A stretch of DNA of 25,739 bases, from IMG/VR virus record IMGVR_UViG_3300024275_000027, positions 1-25,739 of that record; one strand, 5' to 3'. Below, one piece after another: positions 1 to 8,575 of the stretch. The position numbers and the translations under genes are program-made. Origin of the DNA: a virus (Duplodnaviria > Caudoviricetes). A model generated the notes under the pieces. The model saw only the letters and a program-made list of their open reading frames with translations, was not told the DNA's origin and made no database searches. Each line of letters begins with the position of its first letter. The stretch's first letter is position 1.

Positions 1-43
1 TATGAAAATGCTGGATCTGGCAATCTAGCGTAAAACGCAACTT

Positions 44-160
44 AAACCCCGGTTTGAATATTTTGGGGGTGGATGTAGGCAGGAATGCTGTGTTGCGCAA
101 GCGCCTGTTTGCCTCCGCCAGAGGCTCCACCCCCAAAGTGTTCGCCGGGGTTTTGCTTTT
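44..160 (+). ncRNA. Long imperfect hairpin ending in a U-rich tract (candidate structured RNA or attenuator/terminator)
   Basis: aaaccccgg (44-52) pairs with ccggggttt (145-153). gaatattttgggggtgga (56-73) pairs with tccacccccaaagtgttc (126-143), with two G-U pairs. Inner stem aggcagg (77-83)/tttgcct (108-114). Followed by ttttgctttt. Confidence 0.5.
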
Positions 161-164
161 GGAT

Positions 165-403
165 TCAGCCGTGACTATGGCGTGACAGTAGCGGAACCCG
201 GCTGATGTAGAGGAAAGGGGAGCGATAGGCAGCGCAAGCTGACCCGGTGCAAATCCGTCATGATCGCGGCCTGCCTTGTCTTAGCGGCTGGGGCGTGCAG
301 CAAAAGCTGTATCGAGCTAAGTAACCTGAAGACGTACTTCAGGGGTGACAATCCTGCTTCATACCCTGTCATGGGGTAGGGGGCAGCCTTAAGGTGATAA
401 ACC
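165..403 (+). ncRNA. Multi-hairpin non-coding segment (candidate structured RNA or origin region)
   Basis: Stems tcagccg/cggctga (165-205), cagc-gcaa-gctg, cgg-tgcaaat-ccg, tgcagc-aaaa-gctgta, cctgaag-acgta-cttcagg (325-343) and taccc/gggta; G-tract ggggtaggggg at 373-383. No convincing ORF. Confidence 0.35.
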
Positions 404-535
404 TAAAACCAAAGATAAACCAATAGATACGCTATAATTGCAACTAGATTGCAGAAACCGTCCCGTAGGTCAAATCGGAGAGCTAGACAATGATGGCTGA
501 TAATATTTTCTCGTCTGTAATAGGCGGTTCTAGAC

Positions 536-799
536 ATGGCTAAGGGCGTGAAGACTGGCGGACGCCAGAAAGGCACGCCTAACAAGATGACGCAAACCGC
601 TAAGGATGCAATCGCCTTAGCGGCTGAACGTCTTGGTGGCACGGATCGGCTGGTTGCCTGGGCACAAGAAGACCCAGCTAACGAGCGCGTCTTTTGGGGC
701 ACGATCTATCCCAAGCTCCTGCCGCTTCAGGTGACTGGCGACGCAGATAACCCGCTCCAGGTTAGCCACAAGATCGCGTTTGAGGTCATCAAGCCTTGA
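536..799 (+). CDS. terS: Putative terminase small subunit
   Basis: Basic GGRQKGTPNK N-terminal motif typical of small phage TerS-position proteins; TTGA overlap with terL. Confidence 0.7.
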   Translation: MAKGVKTGGRQKGTPNKMTQTAKDAIALAAERLGGTDRLVAWAQEDPANERVFWGTIYPKLLPLQVTGDADNPLQVSHKIAFEVIKP

Positions 800-2226
800 T
801 CCAAGATGGCAAGGTCCTGACGCCGGAATGCTTCGAGACGTTGCTCTATCCGAAGCGGCTAAAGGTTCGCTACGGTGGACGCGGCGCCGGAAAGTCCGAA
901 GACGTGGCGGAGAAAGCCGTAGCATTCGCCTATCAGATGGGCGACCGTTGGCTATGCGGGCGCGAATACCAGAACAGCATCGACGACTCGGTGTATGGGC
1001 TGATCGTCAGCAAGATTCGCCTCATGGAAGCGGAAGGAATCATTCCGGAGGGCTTCTTTGACGTGCAGGCGAGCTTGATCTATGGCCGCAATGGCTCGTG
1101 CTTCAAGTTCGTCGGCCTGGCCCGTAACGTGGAATCGCTCAAGTCAAAGTACGGTTACACCAAGGTCTGGCTGGAAGAGGCTGAAACGATCAGTGACAAG
1201 ACCTGGACGCTGCTAGAGCCATCCATCCGTGCTGAAGGCTCGGAAATCTGGATCACGTTTAACCCGAACGAGGAAGCCGCGCCAACCTATCAGCGCTACG
1301 TCAAGCCGTACGAAGACGCAATCCGCGAGAAAGGGTTCTATATTGACGACCTGATCGACGTGCGCAAGGTTGGCTGGCAAGATAACCCGTGGTTTCCTGA
1401 CGTGCTGCGCCAGCAGATGGAGCGGGACAAGGCGCTCAATTACAAAAAGTATCTCCACGTCTGGGAAGGCGAGTGCAACGCCGACTATGACGATTCGATC
1501 ATTGAGCCGGAATGGATCGATGCCGCCATTGACGCGCATGTCAAGCTGAACTACAGGCCTCGTGGCGAGATTGTCACTTCTTTCGATCCTGCCGATTCTG
1601 GCAAAGATGCAAAAGGCCTGGCGCAACGTCAGGGCATGTTCGTCAAAGACGTGAGGCAATGGAAAGATGGGGATCTTGATGACGCTATTACTCGGGCTTT
1701 TGATTCTGCTTTTGAGTCTCGGGCTGACATTCTTGTGTACGACTCTATTGGCGTGGGCGCTGGTGTCAAAGTTGGGCTGGCAAATCGCGTGGCTGGCCGT
1801 AATCTCGTTGTCCATGGCTTCGGGGGCGGCGACGCTCCTACTGCTGGCATCTACAAGGATGATCGGCTAAACAAGGACGTATTCAAGAATAAGCGCGCTC
1901 AGTACTGGTGGCTGCTGCGGGATCGGTTTGAGCGCACCTACCAGGCGACCGTCAAGGGCGAATACTTCGACCCGGAAACGATGATTAGCCTCTCGAGCGA
2001 GATTAAGGAACTGGCCCAGCTCAAGGCCGAACTGGTGCGACAGCAGCGCAAGCGCACGTCTGGCAGCCGGTTAATCCAGCTCGTCAGCAAGGACGAAATG
2101 CGCGCTGCCGGGATTCCCTCACCGAATATGGCCGACGCGCTGGTGATGGCGTTTGCGGTGGACGACATTCCGAAGCCTCAGGATTTGAACATTCACATCC
2201 CTGCCGTATCACATTATTGGCGATGA
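796..2226 (+). CDS. terL: Terminase large subunit (Sf6/PBSX-type, headful packaging inferred)
   Basis: Walker A GGRGAGKS, CGREYQNSI, Walker B VWLEEAE, ITFNP, nuclease motifs SFDPAD and SPNMADAL; TTG start. Confidence 0.95.
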   Translation: MIQDGKVLTPECFETLLYPKRLKVRYGGRGAGKSEDVAEKAVAFAYQMGDRWLCGREYQNSIDDSVYGLIVSKIRLMEAEGIIPEGFFDVQASLIYGRNGSCFKFVGLARNVESLKSKYGYTKVWLEEAETISDKTWTLLEPSIRAEGSEIWITFNPNEEAAPTYQRYVKPYEDAIREKGFYIDDLIDVRKVGWQDNPWFPDVLRQQMERDKALNYKKYLHVWEGECNADYDDSIIEPEWIDAAIDAHVKLNYRPRGEIVTSFDPADSGKDAKGLAQRQGMFVKDVRQWKDGDLDDAITRAFDSAFESRADILVYDSIGVGAGVKVGLANRVAGRNLVVHGFGGGDAPTAGIYKDDRLNKDVFKNKRAQYWWLLRDRFERTYQATVKGEYFDPETMISLSSEIKELAQLKAELVRQQRKRTSGSRLIQLVSKDEMRAAGIPSPNMADALVMAFAVDDIPKPQDLNIHIPAVSHYWR

Positions 2227-2275
2227 GAGCAAGATTTAGCGCTAGAATAACGAAAACTGATTATCAGGTGCGCTA

Positions 2276-4414
2276 ATGGCTAAAACCAAGACGGAACGAC
2301 TGGCAGAAGTCCACGAACGGGCATTGCGAGGCTTCAACGCGGTCAATTCCGCGCAGCAAGAGATCCGGCTGGAATGCCTGGAATCCCGCCGCTTTGCCTA
2401 CATCGCTGGCTCGCAGTGGGAAGGCAACATTGGCCGCCAGTACGAAAACCGTCCGCGCTACGAGATTAATAAGGTTCAGAATTCGCTGAACCGGATTTTC
2501 TCGGAATATCGCAATAATCGAATCTCCGTCGATTTCCGACCGGAAGGCGAGGCCGCTGATACGCTGGCCGAAACGCTGGACGGCCTGTATCGCTCCGACG
2601 AGTACTATTCCAACGCACAGGAAGCCTATGACGCAGCCTTTGACGAAGGTGTCGCTGGTGGGATGGGCGCATGGCGGCTACGTGCTCGATACGAAGACGA
2701 ATACAGCGAAGACGATGAAAAGCAGCGCATTTGCATCGAGCCGATCTTTGATGCTGACTCCTCGGTATATTTTGATATTGACGCCAAACGTCAAGACAAA
2801 GCAGACGCCAAGTGCTGCTGGGTGATTTGCTCCTACGCACGGCAGGCTTATACCAGCAACTACGGTGAAGACTCATTCGACCTGGACGGCTACAAGGTCA
2901 AGCGCGCGCAAGTCTCATCCATGCCGATGCAGAACGCGAAGCTGAGTAACTTCGACTGGTTCACGCCTGACGTGATCTACGTCGCAGAGTATTACGAAGT
3001 CGAGGAAAAGACCGACAAGCTGCATATCTTCGTGCTGCCAGCCACGGGCGAAGAACTGAAGGTGTGGGACAAGGATTACGACGAGCAGCACGACGACCTG
3101 ATCGCGCAGGGCTACGATGAAGCTCGAGTCAAAAAGGTCAAGCGACGCAAGGTCCACAAGTACATCATGGACGGCGCGCGCATTATCGAGGACTGCGGCT
3201 ATATCGCGGGAACCGAAATCCCGGTGGTCCCGTTCTACGGCAAGCGCCTGTTCGTCGACAACGTGGAGCGCTTCCAGGGCCATGTGACGAACGCCAAGGA
3301 CATGCAGCGGCTGTACAACATGCTGGTGTCCTGGCTAGCTGAGATTGCCGCGACGGGATCGACCAAGAAGCCGATCTTTGCCCCGGAACAGATGCCTCCG
3401 GCGATTGCCCAGCTTTGGGCCGACGACAACCTGAAGCGCAATCCCTATTTGCTGGCCGTGCCCATCAAGGACGCGCAAGGGCAAATCGTCCAGGCTGGGC
3501 CGTCTGCCTATCTGGAGCCGCCCGAGGTGCCTTCCGCACTGGCCGCGCTGATTCAGTTGCTCGGCGCGGATATGCAGCAAGTGCTAGGCGGACAAGAGGC
3601 AACCGAAAAGGTTGTTTCCAACGTCGCGCACAAGGCGTTGCAGCTCATCCAGAACAACCTGGATATGCAATCGTTCATTTACATGGACAACATGGCCAAA
3701 GCCATGCGCCGCTCGGGTGAAATCTGGTATCCGATGGCGAAAGAATTGTACGTCGAGGAAGACCGTAAGATGCGTACGATTTCCGTTGACGGCCAAGAGG
3801 ATTTCGTGGAGTTGAACCGTCCGATTCAAGGCCAGGATGGCGAAATCCAGTACGAAAACGATCTGGCAGAAGGCAAATACGGCGTTTGGGTCGATGTTGG
3901 GCCGTCCTACGCGAACCGGCGCGACGCCACGATTCAAGCACTGGTGCAAATGCTGCAATACGCTGGTGGCGATGCGGATACGTCTAATGCCATTACCGGC
4001 ATGATTATCAAGAATCTGGACGGCGAGGGCATTTCCGAGCTGCAAGACTGGGTGCGTCATCGCCTGGTGCAGAGTGGCGTCGTCAAGCCGACCGAGGAAG
4101 AACAGCAGCAAATGTCCGAGCAGGAGCAGAATCAGCAGCCCGACCCGAATACGGTATATCTGCTGTCTGCTGCTGAGAAGGAACGCCAGCTTGCCGTCAA
4201 GGCTGCCGCCGATGTGGAGCAGACCAAGGCGAACGTCGATAAGATTATCTCGGAAACGCTGAAGAACTTCCAAAGCATCCAGAACGACCGCTACGACCAA
4301 ATCCTGACGGTGCTGCAGCAATTTGAGCAGGCGAATCAGAACCGCGTGGCCCCGGCGAATGTCCCGGCGCCGGAGAATACGCCCGCGCAACCGGATGCAA
4401 CACAGTTGCAATAG
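2276..4414 (+). CDS. Portal protein (P22/Sf6-like)
   Basis: 712 aa directly after terL; GSQWEG, RPRYEINKV, GGMGAWR, IPVVPFYGKR and DVGPSYANRRDAT motifs; Q-rich helical C-terminus consistent with a barrel. Confidence 0.93.
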   Translation: MAKTKTERLAEVHERALRGFNAVNSAQQEIRLECLESRRFAYIAGSQWEGNIGRQYENRPRYEINKVQNSLNRIFSEYRNNRISVDFRPEGEAADTLAETLDGLYRSDEYYSNAQEAYDAAFDEGVAGGMGAWRLRARYEDEYSEDDEKQRICIEPIFDADSSVYFDIDAKRQDKADAKCCWVICSYARQAYTSNYGEDSFDLDGYKVKRAQVSSMPMQNAKLSNFDWFTPDVIYVAEYYEVEEKTDKLHIFVLPATGEELKVWDKDYDEQHDDLIAQGYDEARVKKVKRRKVHKYIMDGARIIEDCGYIAGTEIPVVPFYGKRLFVDNVERFQGHVTNAKDMQRLYNMLVSWLAEIAATGSTKKPIFAPEQMPPAIAQLWADDNLKRNPYLLAVPIKDAQGQIVQAGPSAYLEPPEVPSALAALIQLLGADMQQVLGGQEATEKVVSNVAHKALQLIQNNLDMQSFIYMDNMAKAMRRSGEIWYPMAKELYVEEDRKMRTISVDGQEDFVELNRPIQGQDGEIQYENDLAEGKYGVWVDVGPSYANRRDATIQALVQMLQYAGGDADTSNAITGMIIKNLDGEGISELQDWVRHRLVQSGVVKPTEEEQQQMSEQEQNQQPDPNTVYLLSAAEKERQLAVKAAADVEQTKANVDKIISETLKNFQSIQNDRYDQILTVLQQFEQANQNRVAPANVPAPENTPAQPDATQLQ

Positions 4415-4433
4415 TATTTTGTATTGCTATAAT
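4406..4433 (+). promoter_or_regulatory. Sigma70-like promoter upstream of the scaffold gene
   Basis: TTGCAA (4406-4411), 16-nt spacer, extended -10 TGcTATAAT (4425-4433). Confidence 0.6.
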
Positions 4434-4440
4434 CGCGCAT

Positions 4441-4470
4441 AAGGCTACCGGAGAGCCTTTTAATCTCTGA
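4441..4470 (+). promoter_or_regulatory. Candidate H-type pseudoknot in the scaffold mRNA leader
   Basis: Stem 1 aaggct (4441-4446)/agcctt (4454-4459). Loop cggag (4449-4453) can pair with ctctg (4465-4469). Confidence 0.4.
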
Positions 4471-4494
4471 GTTAAGTAAGGGATCGAAAACCAA

Positions 4495-5343
4495 ATGGCA
4501 GATACTGAAGCTGTTGAAAGTCGCATTGAGTTTGAATCGGGCGCGGATGAAGTAGAGCCGGAAGTTGTAGTAGATCCGGAGAATCAGGAAGCGGTAACGC
4601 CGCCTGAAGCCACGCCAGAGGAGGACGAGGCAACCGTCATCAGTTTTGGCGATGAGGCAGCGCCAGCCTCGCAGGAGCAGGACAACAGCGTGATTCGGGA
4701 GCTTCGTGCTCTAGCGCGCGAGCAGGCCAAGAAGCTGAAGGAACTGGAATCGACGGCACCAAAGGCGGAAACGCCAAAACTGCCAGAAAAGCCAACTCTG
4801 GAAAGCTGCGATTACGACGAGGAAGCCTTTGAAAGCGGGCTGACCAAGTGGTATGAGGCCAAACGCAAGCTAGAGGAAGCGGAGCGCGCCAAAGAGGCAG
4901 AACTCCAGCAGCAGCAGCAAGCCCAGCAACAGCGGCTAGCGGCGTACCAGACTCGAGCAGCGGAATTGAAGGTGAAAGACTTCAAGGATGCTGAAGAGGA
5001 AGTGGTGACCAAGCTATCCGAGGCCCAACAGGCCATTCTGTTCGGCGCGGACGACACTGCAGCGTTGGTCTATGCACTCGGCAAGCACCCGGAAAAGCTG
5101 AAAGAACTCGCTTCGATCAAAGATCCCGCCAAGTTCGCCTTTGCTGCGGCAAAACTGGAAACGCAAATGAAAGTGACAACCCGCAAGCCAAAGGTAGCGC
5201 CGGAGAATGCTGTTGCTCCTGGCGCCGGTTCGCTCTCTGGTGGAGCGGATAAAACACTTGACCGCCTGCGAGAAGAGGCCGACAAGACCGGCGACCGTAC
5301 CAAGGTCGCGGCTTACCTCCGCTCGATGCGAAACAAAACTTAA
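4495..5343 (+). CDS. Scaffolding protein
   Basis: Lies between portal and coat; acidic N-terminus, KPTLESCDYDEEAF motif, coiled-coil, basic C-terminal helix pair consistent with coat binding. Confidence 0.85.
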   Translation: MADTEAVESRIEFESGADEVEPEVVVDPENQEAVTPPEATPEEDEATVISFGDEAAPASQEQDNSVIRELRALAREQAKKLKELESTAPKAETPKLPEKPTLESCDYDEEAFESGLTKWYEAKRKLEEAERAKEAELQQQQQAQQQRLAAYQTRAAELKVKDFKDAEEEVVTKLSEAQQAILFGADDTAALVYALGKHPEKLKELASIKDPAKFAFAAAKLETQMKVTTRKPKVAPENAVAPGAGSLSGGADKTLDRLREEADKTGDRTKVAAYLRSMRNKT

Positions 5344-5358
5344 TTCGGAGTATTAATC

Positions 5359-6630
5359 ATGGCAAACGGATTCTCAAAGGAAGAAAGGGTGATGTTCGAT
5401 GACCTGCTTGCAGGCTTCGACGACGCACTGGTGGCCTCCAAGCTTGTCAATGTGTACAACGTTGACAGCACGATGGCCGAGCGTACCAACGACCAAATCT
5501 GGCGCCCGCAGCCGTACATCGCGCAATCGTTCTCGGGTCTGGACCAGTCCGCGAACTTTGGCGATGTGGTGCAGCTCTCGGTTCCGTCCTATATCAACCA
5601 GCTTCAATCGTCGCCTTGGTACCTGACGGCGCTGGAACTGCGCGACGCGCTGCAAGAGAACCGCATCCGTGACGGCGCCCGCCAAAAGCTGGCCTCGGAT
5701 ATCAACGTCGCAGTCAATAACGCTGTGACCTCGCTCGGGTCGCTGGTGATCAAGCGCACGACCGCTGCCGCTGGCTTTGACGACGTGGCGCTGATCGACT
5801 CCATCATGAACGAGCAGGGTGTTCCGATGGAAGATCGCGTTGCGCTGTACAGCTCGCGCGATTACAACTCGATGGCGTCGAACCTGGCTGGCCGTGGCAC
5901 GGTGAACGGCATTGTCCAGACCGCCTACGAGCGCGCGTATGTGGCTCGCGTCTCGGGTATCGACGTCTTCAAGATGGATTACGCGCCTCGCCTGACCGCC
6001 GCTGCTGGCGTTGGCGTGACCGTGACCAGCTCTAACCAGTACTACACCCCGACTGCGACCACGCTGCAAACCTCGACCAATACCCCGGTCAACACCGACA
6101 ACCGTTTCCAGACGATCCCCATCACGGTGACTTCGGGTACGGTCAAGGTCGGCGACGCCTTCACCATCGCAGGCGTCAACGCCGTGCATCACATCACCAA
6201 GGTTGATACGGGCCAGCTCAAGACCTTCCGTATCACCGCGATCGTGACTGGCGCAGGCGGCACCGGCACTGTCACCATCACCCCGCCGATCATTTCGGCC
6301 CAGGGCGCGACCGCTGCTGAGAAGCAGTATCAGAACGTGACGGCAACCCCGGCTTCGGGTGCGTCCATCGTGTTCCTGAATACCACGACCGCCGCGCTGA
6401 ACCCGTTCTGGTACAAGGGCGCCGTGGATCTGCTGCCGGGCCGTCTGGTGTGGCCGGCTGATGCTGGCCTTGCAGTGATGACTGGCTCGACCGATCAGGG
6501 CATCCAACTGTCGATGACGAAGCAGGCGGATATCAACACCGGCAAGATCAAATTCCGTGTTGACACCAAGTTCGGTTGCGCTGTCACCAATCCAGAAATG
6601 TGTGGCGTGACCCTGTTTAGCCAGTCTTGA
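5359..6630 (+). CDS. Major capsid protein (P22 gp5-type coat)
   Basis: 423 aa; segments ERTNDQIWRP, LTALELRD, ARQKLASDIN, LGSLVI, VNTDNRF and VGDAFTIAGV resemble P22-family coats; GGAG RBS; strongly biased codon usage. Confidence 0.92.
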   Translation: MANGFSKEERVMFDDLLAGFDDALVASKLVNVYNVDSTMAERTNDQIWRPQPYIAQSFSGLDQSANFGDVVQLSVPSYINQLQSSPWYLTALELRDALQENRIRDGARQKLASDINVAVNNAVTSLGSLVIKRTTAAAGFDDVALIDSIMNEQGVPMEDRVALYSSRDYNSMASNLAGRGTVNGIVQTAYERAYVARVSGIDVFKMDYAPRLTAAAGVGVTVTSSNQYYTPTATTLQTSTNTPVNTDNRFQTIPITVTSGTVKVGDAFTIAGVNAVHHITKVDTGQLKTFRITAIVTGAGGTGTVTITPPIISAQGATAAEKQYQNVTATPASGASIVFLNTTTAALNPFWYKGAVDLLPGRLVWPADAGLAVMTGSTDQGIQLSMTKQADINTGKIKFRVDTKFGCAVTNPEMCGVTLFSQS

Positions 6631-6656
6631 TGGTGATGGTTGTTACGACAGGTTAA

Positions 6657-6683
6657 GAGAGGCCCTTCGGGGCCTTTCTATTT
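6657..6683 (+). terminator. Rho-independent terminator after the coat gene
   Basis: gagaggccc-TTCG-gggcctttc followed by tattt. Confidence 0.75.
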
Positions 6684-6698
6684 AAGAGGTGAAGAAAA

Positions 6699-7280
6699 AT
6701 GGCGTTCGTAACAATCGCGCAAGGCCAGACGAGTAACCCCATATTTGTCCCTGCCGGATCAATCGTTACCGTAGTCGCTGATTCAGGCGCAACCGGGGCA
6801 GTTGAATACACCACGGATTCAGTCACCTGGGCAGCATGGCCTAATGGCTCTGTAACGGCTTTGTCTTCTGATCTTACAAACGAAGATTTATATATGCGGG
6901 TGACTGCTTCAGGCGGCATCGTTAGATTCAGTTCTAATGAAACCCCGACAAAGCAGGATCTCCGACCGTATTACACGGACTTTCACGGGGCTGGCGTCAG
7001 AAGCGAGGGCCGTTTGTTGCCATGGGCCTATAATCAGACATTCCAGCTCGTGTCAGCCGCCCGAGACGCTAACGGCGCCATCACCACGGCTAGCATCGTC
7101 TGGCCGGACGGCACCGCTGGTGTGTTCACGACAGACACCGCGAGCACCGCGTTTCCCGGAGCCATCGACGCGTGGCACGCCACGTATCTCGGCACGACCA
7201 CAAAGACCGTCACGCAACCCGCCGTGACGCGCGACGCCAACGGCGCTGTCACCGTGCAGCCGGCTATTACGATTTCGTGA
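6699..7280 (+). CDS. Hypothetical virion protein (possible head decoration or adaptor), two-domain
   Basis: GAGG RBS; Thr/Ala/Val-rich beta protein; internal repeat RDANGA(I/V)T at 7062-7085 and 7230-7253; lies right after the coat gene. Confidence 0.6.
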   Translation: MAFVTIAQGQTSNPIFVPAGSIVTVVADSGATGAVEYTTDSVTWAAWPNGSVTALSSDLTNEDLYMRVTASGGIVRFSSNETPTKQDLRPYYTDFHGAGVRSEGRLLPWAYNQTFQLVSAARDANGAITTASIVWPDGTAGVFTTDTASTAFPGAIDAWHATYLGTTTKTVTQPAVTRDANGAVTVQPAITIS

Positions 7281-7288
7281 GGTGATGT

Positions 7289-8446
7289 ATGGGGATTCTT
7301 GATATTCCGGCGCTGACCCTAAAGCAGTGGCGCGCTGAGCAGACGTACATCGGCCAAGTTGCCACACACTGTTTTTGCTCTGGCGCAAAATCATCCGGCA
7401 ACAATCAGATAATGAGCCGAACCTATCATGTTGCACAGGACGATCTGAAGTCTATTCAGCTTGTATATGCGAACTGGTACGGATCAGAAAGCAAGCTGGG
7501 GGCGGCGATCAATATCACAGCGTCGATTGAGTATCCGACTGGAGTTTTCACTCAGGTCAAATTCAACGGATTGGCAACAGGGACTGCAGCAGATGGGTCT
7601 AACCTCATTTCTGATCCCGTCGCGGTAATGATTCCACAGGGGACTTCGTTTTTCGTGCGACAGTACGTGGTCAACCCGTCCGCAAGCGGGATCATCTATT
7701 CGTCGTATCTGCAAAATCAGACGCTAGGCGAGGGCATAGCCATGGGCGCCTCCGGCATCAGCGATCTGACGATGAGCGGCACGATTACCCCGACTCACGC
7801 TAACATTCTATTCGGTCCCGCTGCGATTATCGGTCAAACTAGGCGGCCATCCATCCTAGTGATTGGTGACAGCCGAGCCGCAGGCGCCAACGAAGACCAT
7901 GCAACCGTATCCACGGAAACTGGGCAGATCACGCCGTCTCTGTATCCATCTATCGGATATATGAATATGTCCATTGCTGGTGAGCAGGCGCAGAATTTCG
8001 TGCAGAAGCATACGTATCGGGCGCCGTTCGGGATCTATGCCACGCACGTTATTTGTGAGTACGGTATCAACGATTTGAATTTGGGGGGGCGAACCACGGC
8101 GCAGGTGCTCGCTGATTTGCAATTGATTCGCGGTTATTTCTCAAAGCAAAAGTTCTACCAGGCAACGATTCTTCCTAATAGCTCGTCCACTGATAGCTGG
8201 GCGACGGTTGGGAACCAAACTACGGCCGCATCGAACGCGTCCCGGATTTCGTTGAACAATACATTCAGAAGTAAGCCATCTTGGCTGGATGGGTGGCTGG
8301 AAACTGCTGATGCGGTAGAAAGCGCTCGGGATAGCGGCTTGTGGAAGGCGCCCGGCTATACGGCAGATGGCCTACATGGAACTACGGCGGGCTATCAGCT
8401 TATCCAAAGCGCGGCCGTCATCAACCCCGCTGCATTTGCTAGGTAA
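7289..8446 (+). CDS. SGNH/GDSL hydrolase (esterase or deacetylase) with N-terminal beta domain
   Basis: Block I VIGDS, block II IAG, block III YGIND, block V DGLH; GAGG RBS. Confidence 0.85.
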   Translation: MGILDIPALTLKQWRAEQTYIGQVATHCFCSGAKSSGNNQIMSRTYHVAQDDLKSIQLVYANWYGSESKLGAAINITASIEYPTGVFTQVKFNGLATGTAADGSNLISDPVAVMIPQGTSFFVRQYVVNPSASGIIYSSYLQNQTLGEGIAMGASGISDLTMSGTITPTHANILFGPAAIIGQTRRPSILVIGDSRAAGANEDHATVSTETGQITPSLYPSIGYMNMSIAGEQAQNFVQKHTYRAPFGIYATHVICEYGINDLNLGGRTTAQVLADLQLIRGYFSKQKFYQATILPNSSSTDSWATVGNQTTAASNASRISLNNTFRSKPSWLDGWLETADAVESARDSGLWKAPGYTADGLHGTTAGYQLIQSAAVINPAAFAR

Positions 8447-8528
8447 TGACCCCAGCAACCGAAGTTCCACCACAGCCCGCCCCGAGCGGGCATCTTCATC
8501 CATAGGCCGCCTCCGGAACAAGATACGG

Positions 8529-8549
8529 CCCCGCTTCGGCGGGGTTTTT
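8529..8549 (+). terminator. Rho-independent terminator
   Basis: ccccgc-TTCG-gcgggg-ttttt; a second hairpin gcccgc-cccga-gcgggc lies at about 8476-8492. Confidence 0.8.
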
Positions 8550-8575
8550 CGTATAATCAGCGGAAAGGAGCGAAA

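Noticed and set aside
238-258. Resemblance of gctgacccggtgcaaatccg to FMN or cobalamin riboswitch T-loop hairpins
   Set aside because: The other conserved riboswitch elements are absent and the downstream gene is a terminase.
175-702. Minus-strand ORFs 175-372 and 403-702
   Set aside because: No recognisable motifs or RBS; they overlap the structured region or lie antisense to terS.
536-799. pac site within terS
   Set aside because: Plausible by analogy with P22/Sf6, but no sequence could be identified by eye.
4441-4470. preQ1 riboswitch (tempting given the deazaguanine genes)
   Set aside because: Lacks the preQ1-I loop consensus and A-rich 3' tail, and precedes a structural gene.
4905-4932. 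CAG/CAA poly-Gln runs (also at about 14840-14875) as contingency repeats
   Set aside because: In-frame, mixed-codon and typical of helical scaffold and ejection proteins.
3584-6507. Long antisense ORFs (3584-4411, 5374-6507; also 18015-18767)
   Set aside because: Shadow ORFs expected opposite codon-biased, GC-rich genes; the translations look non-protein-like.
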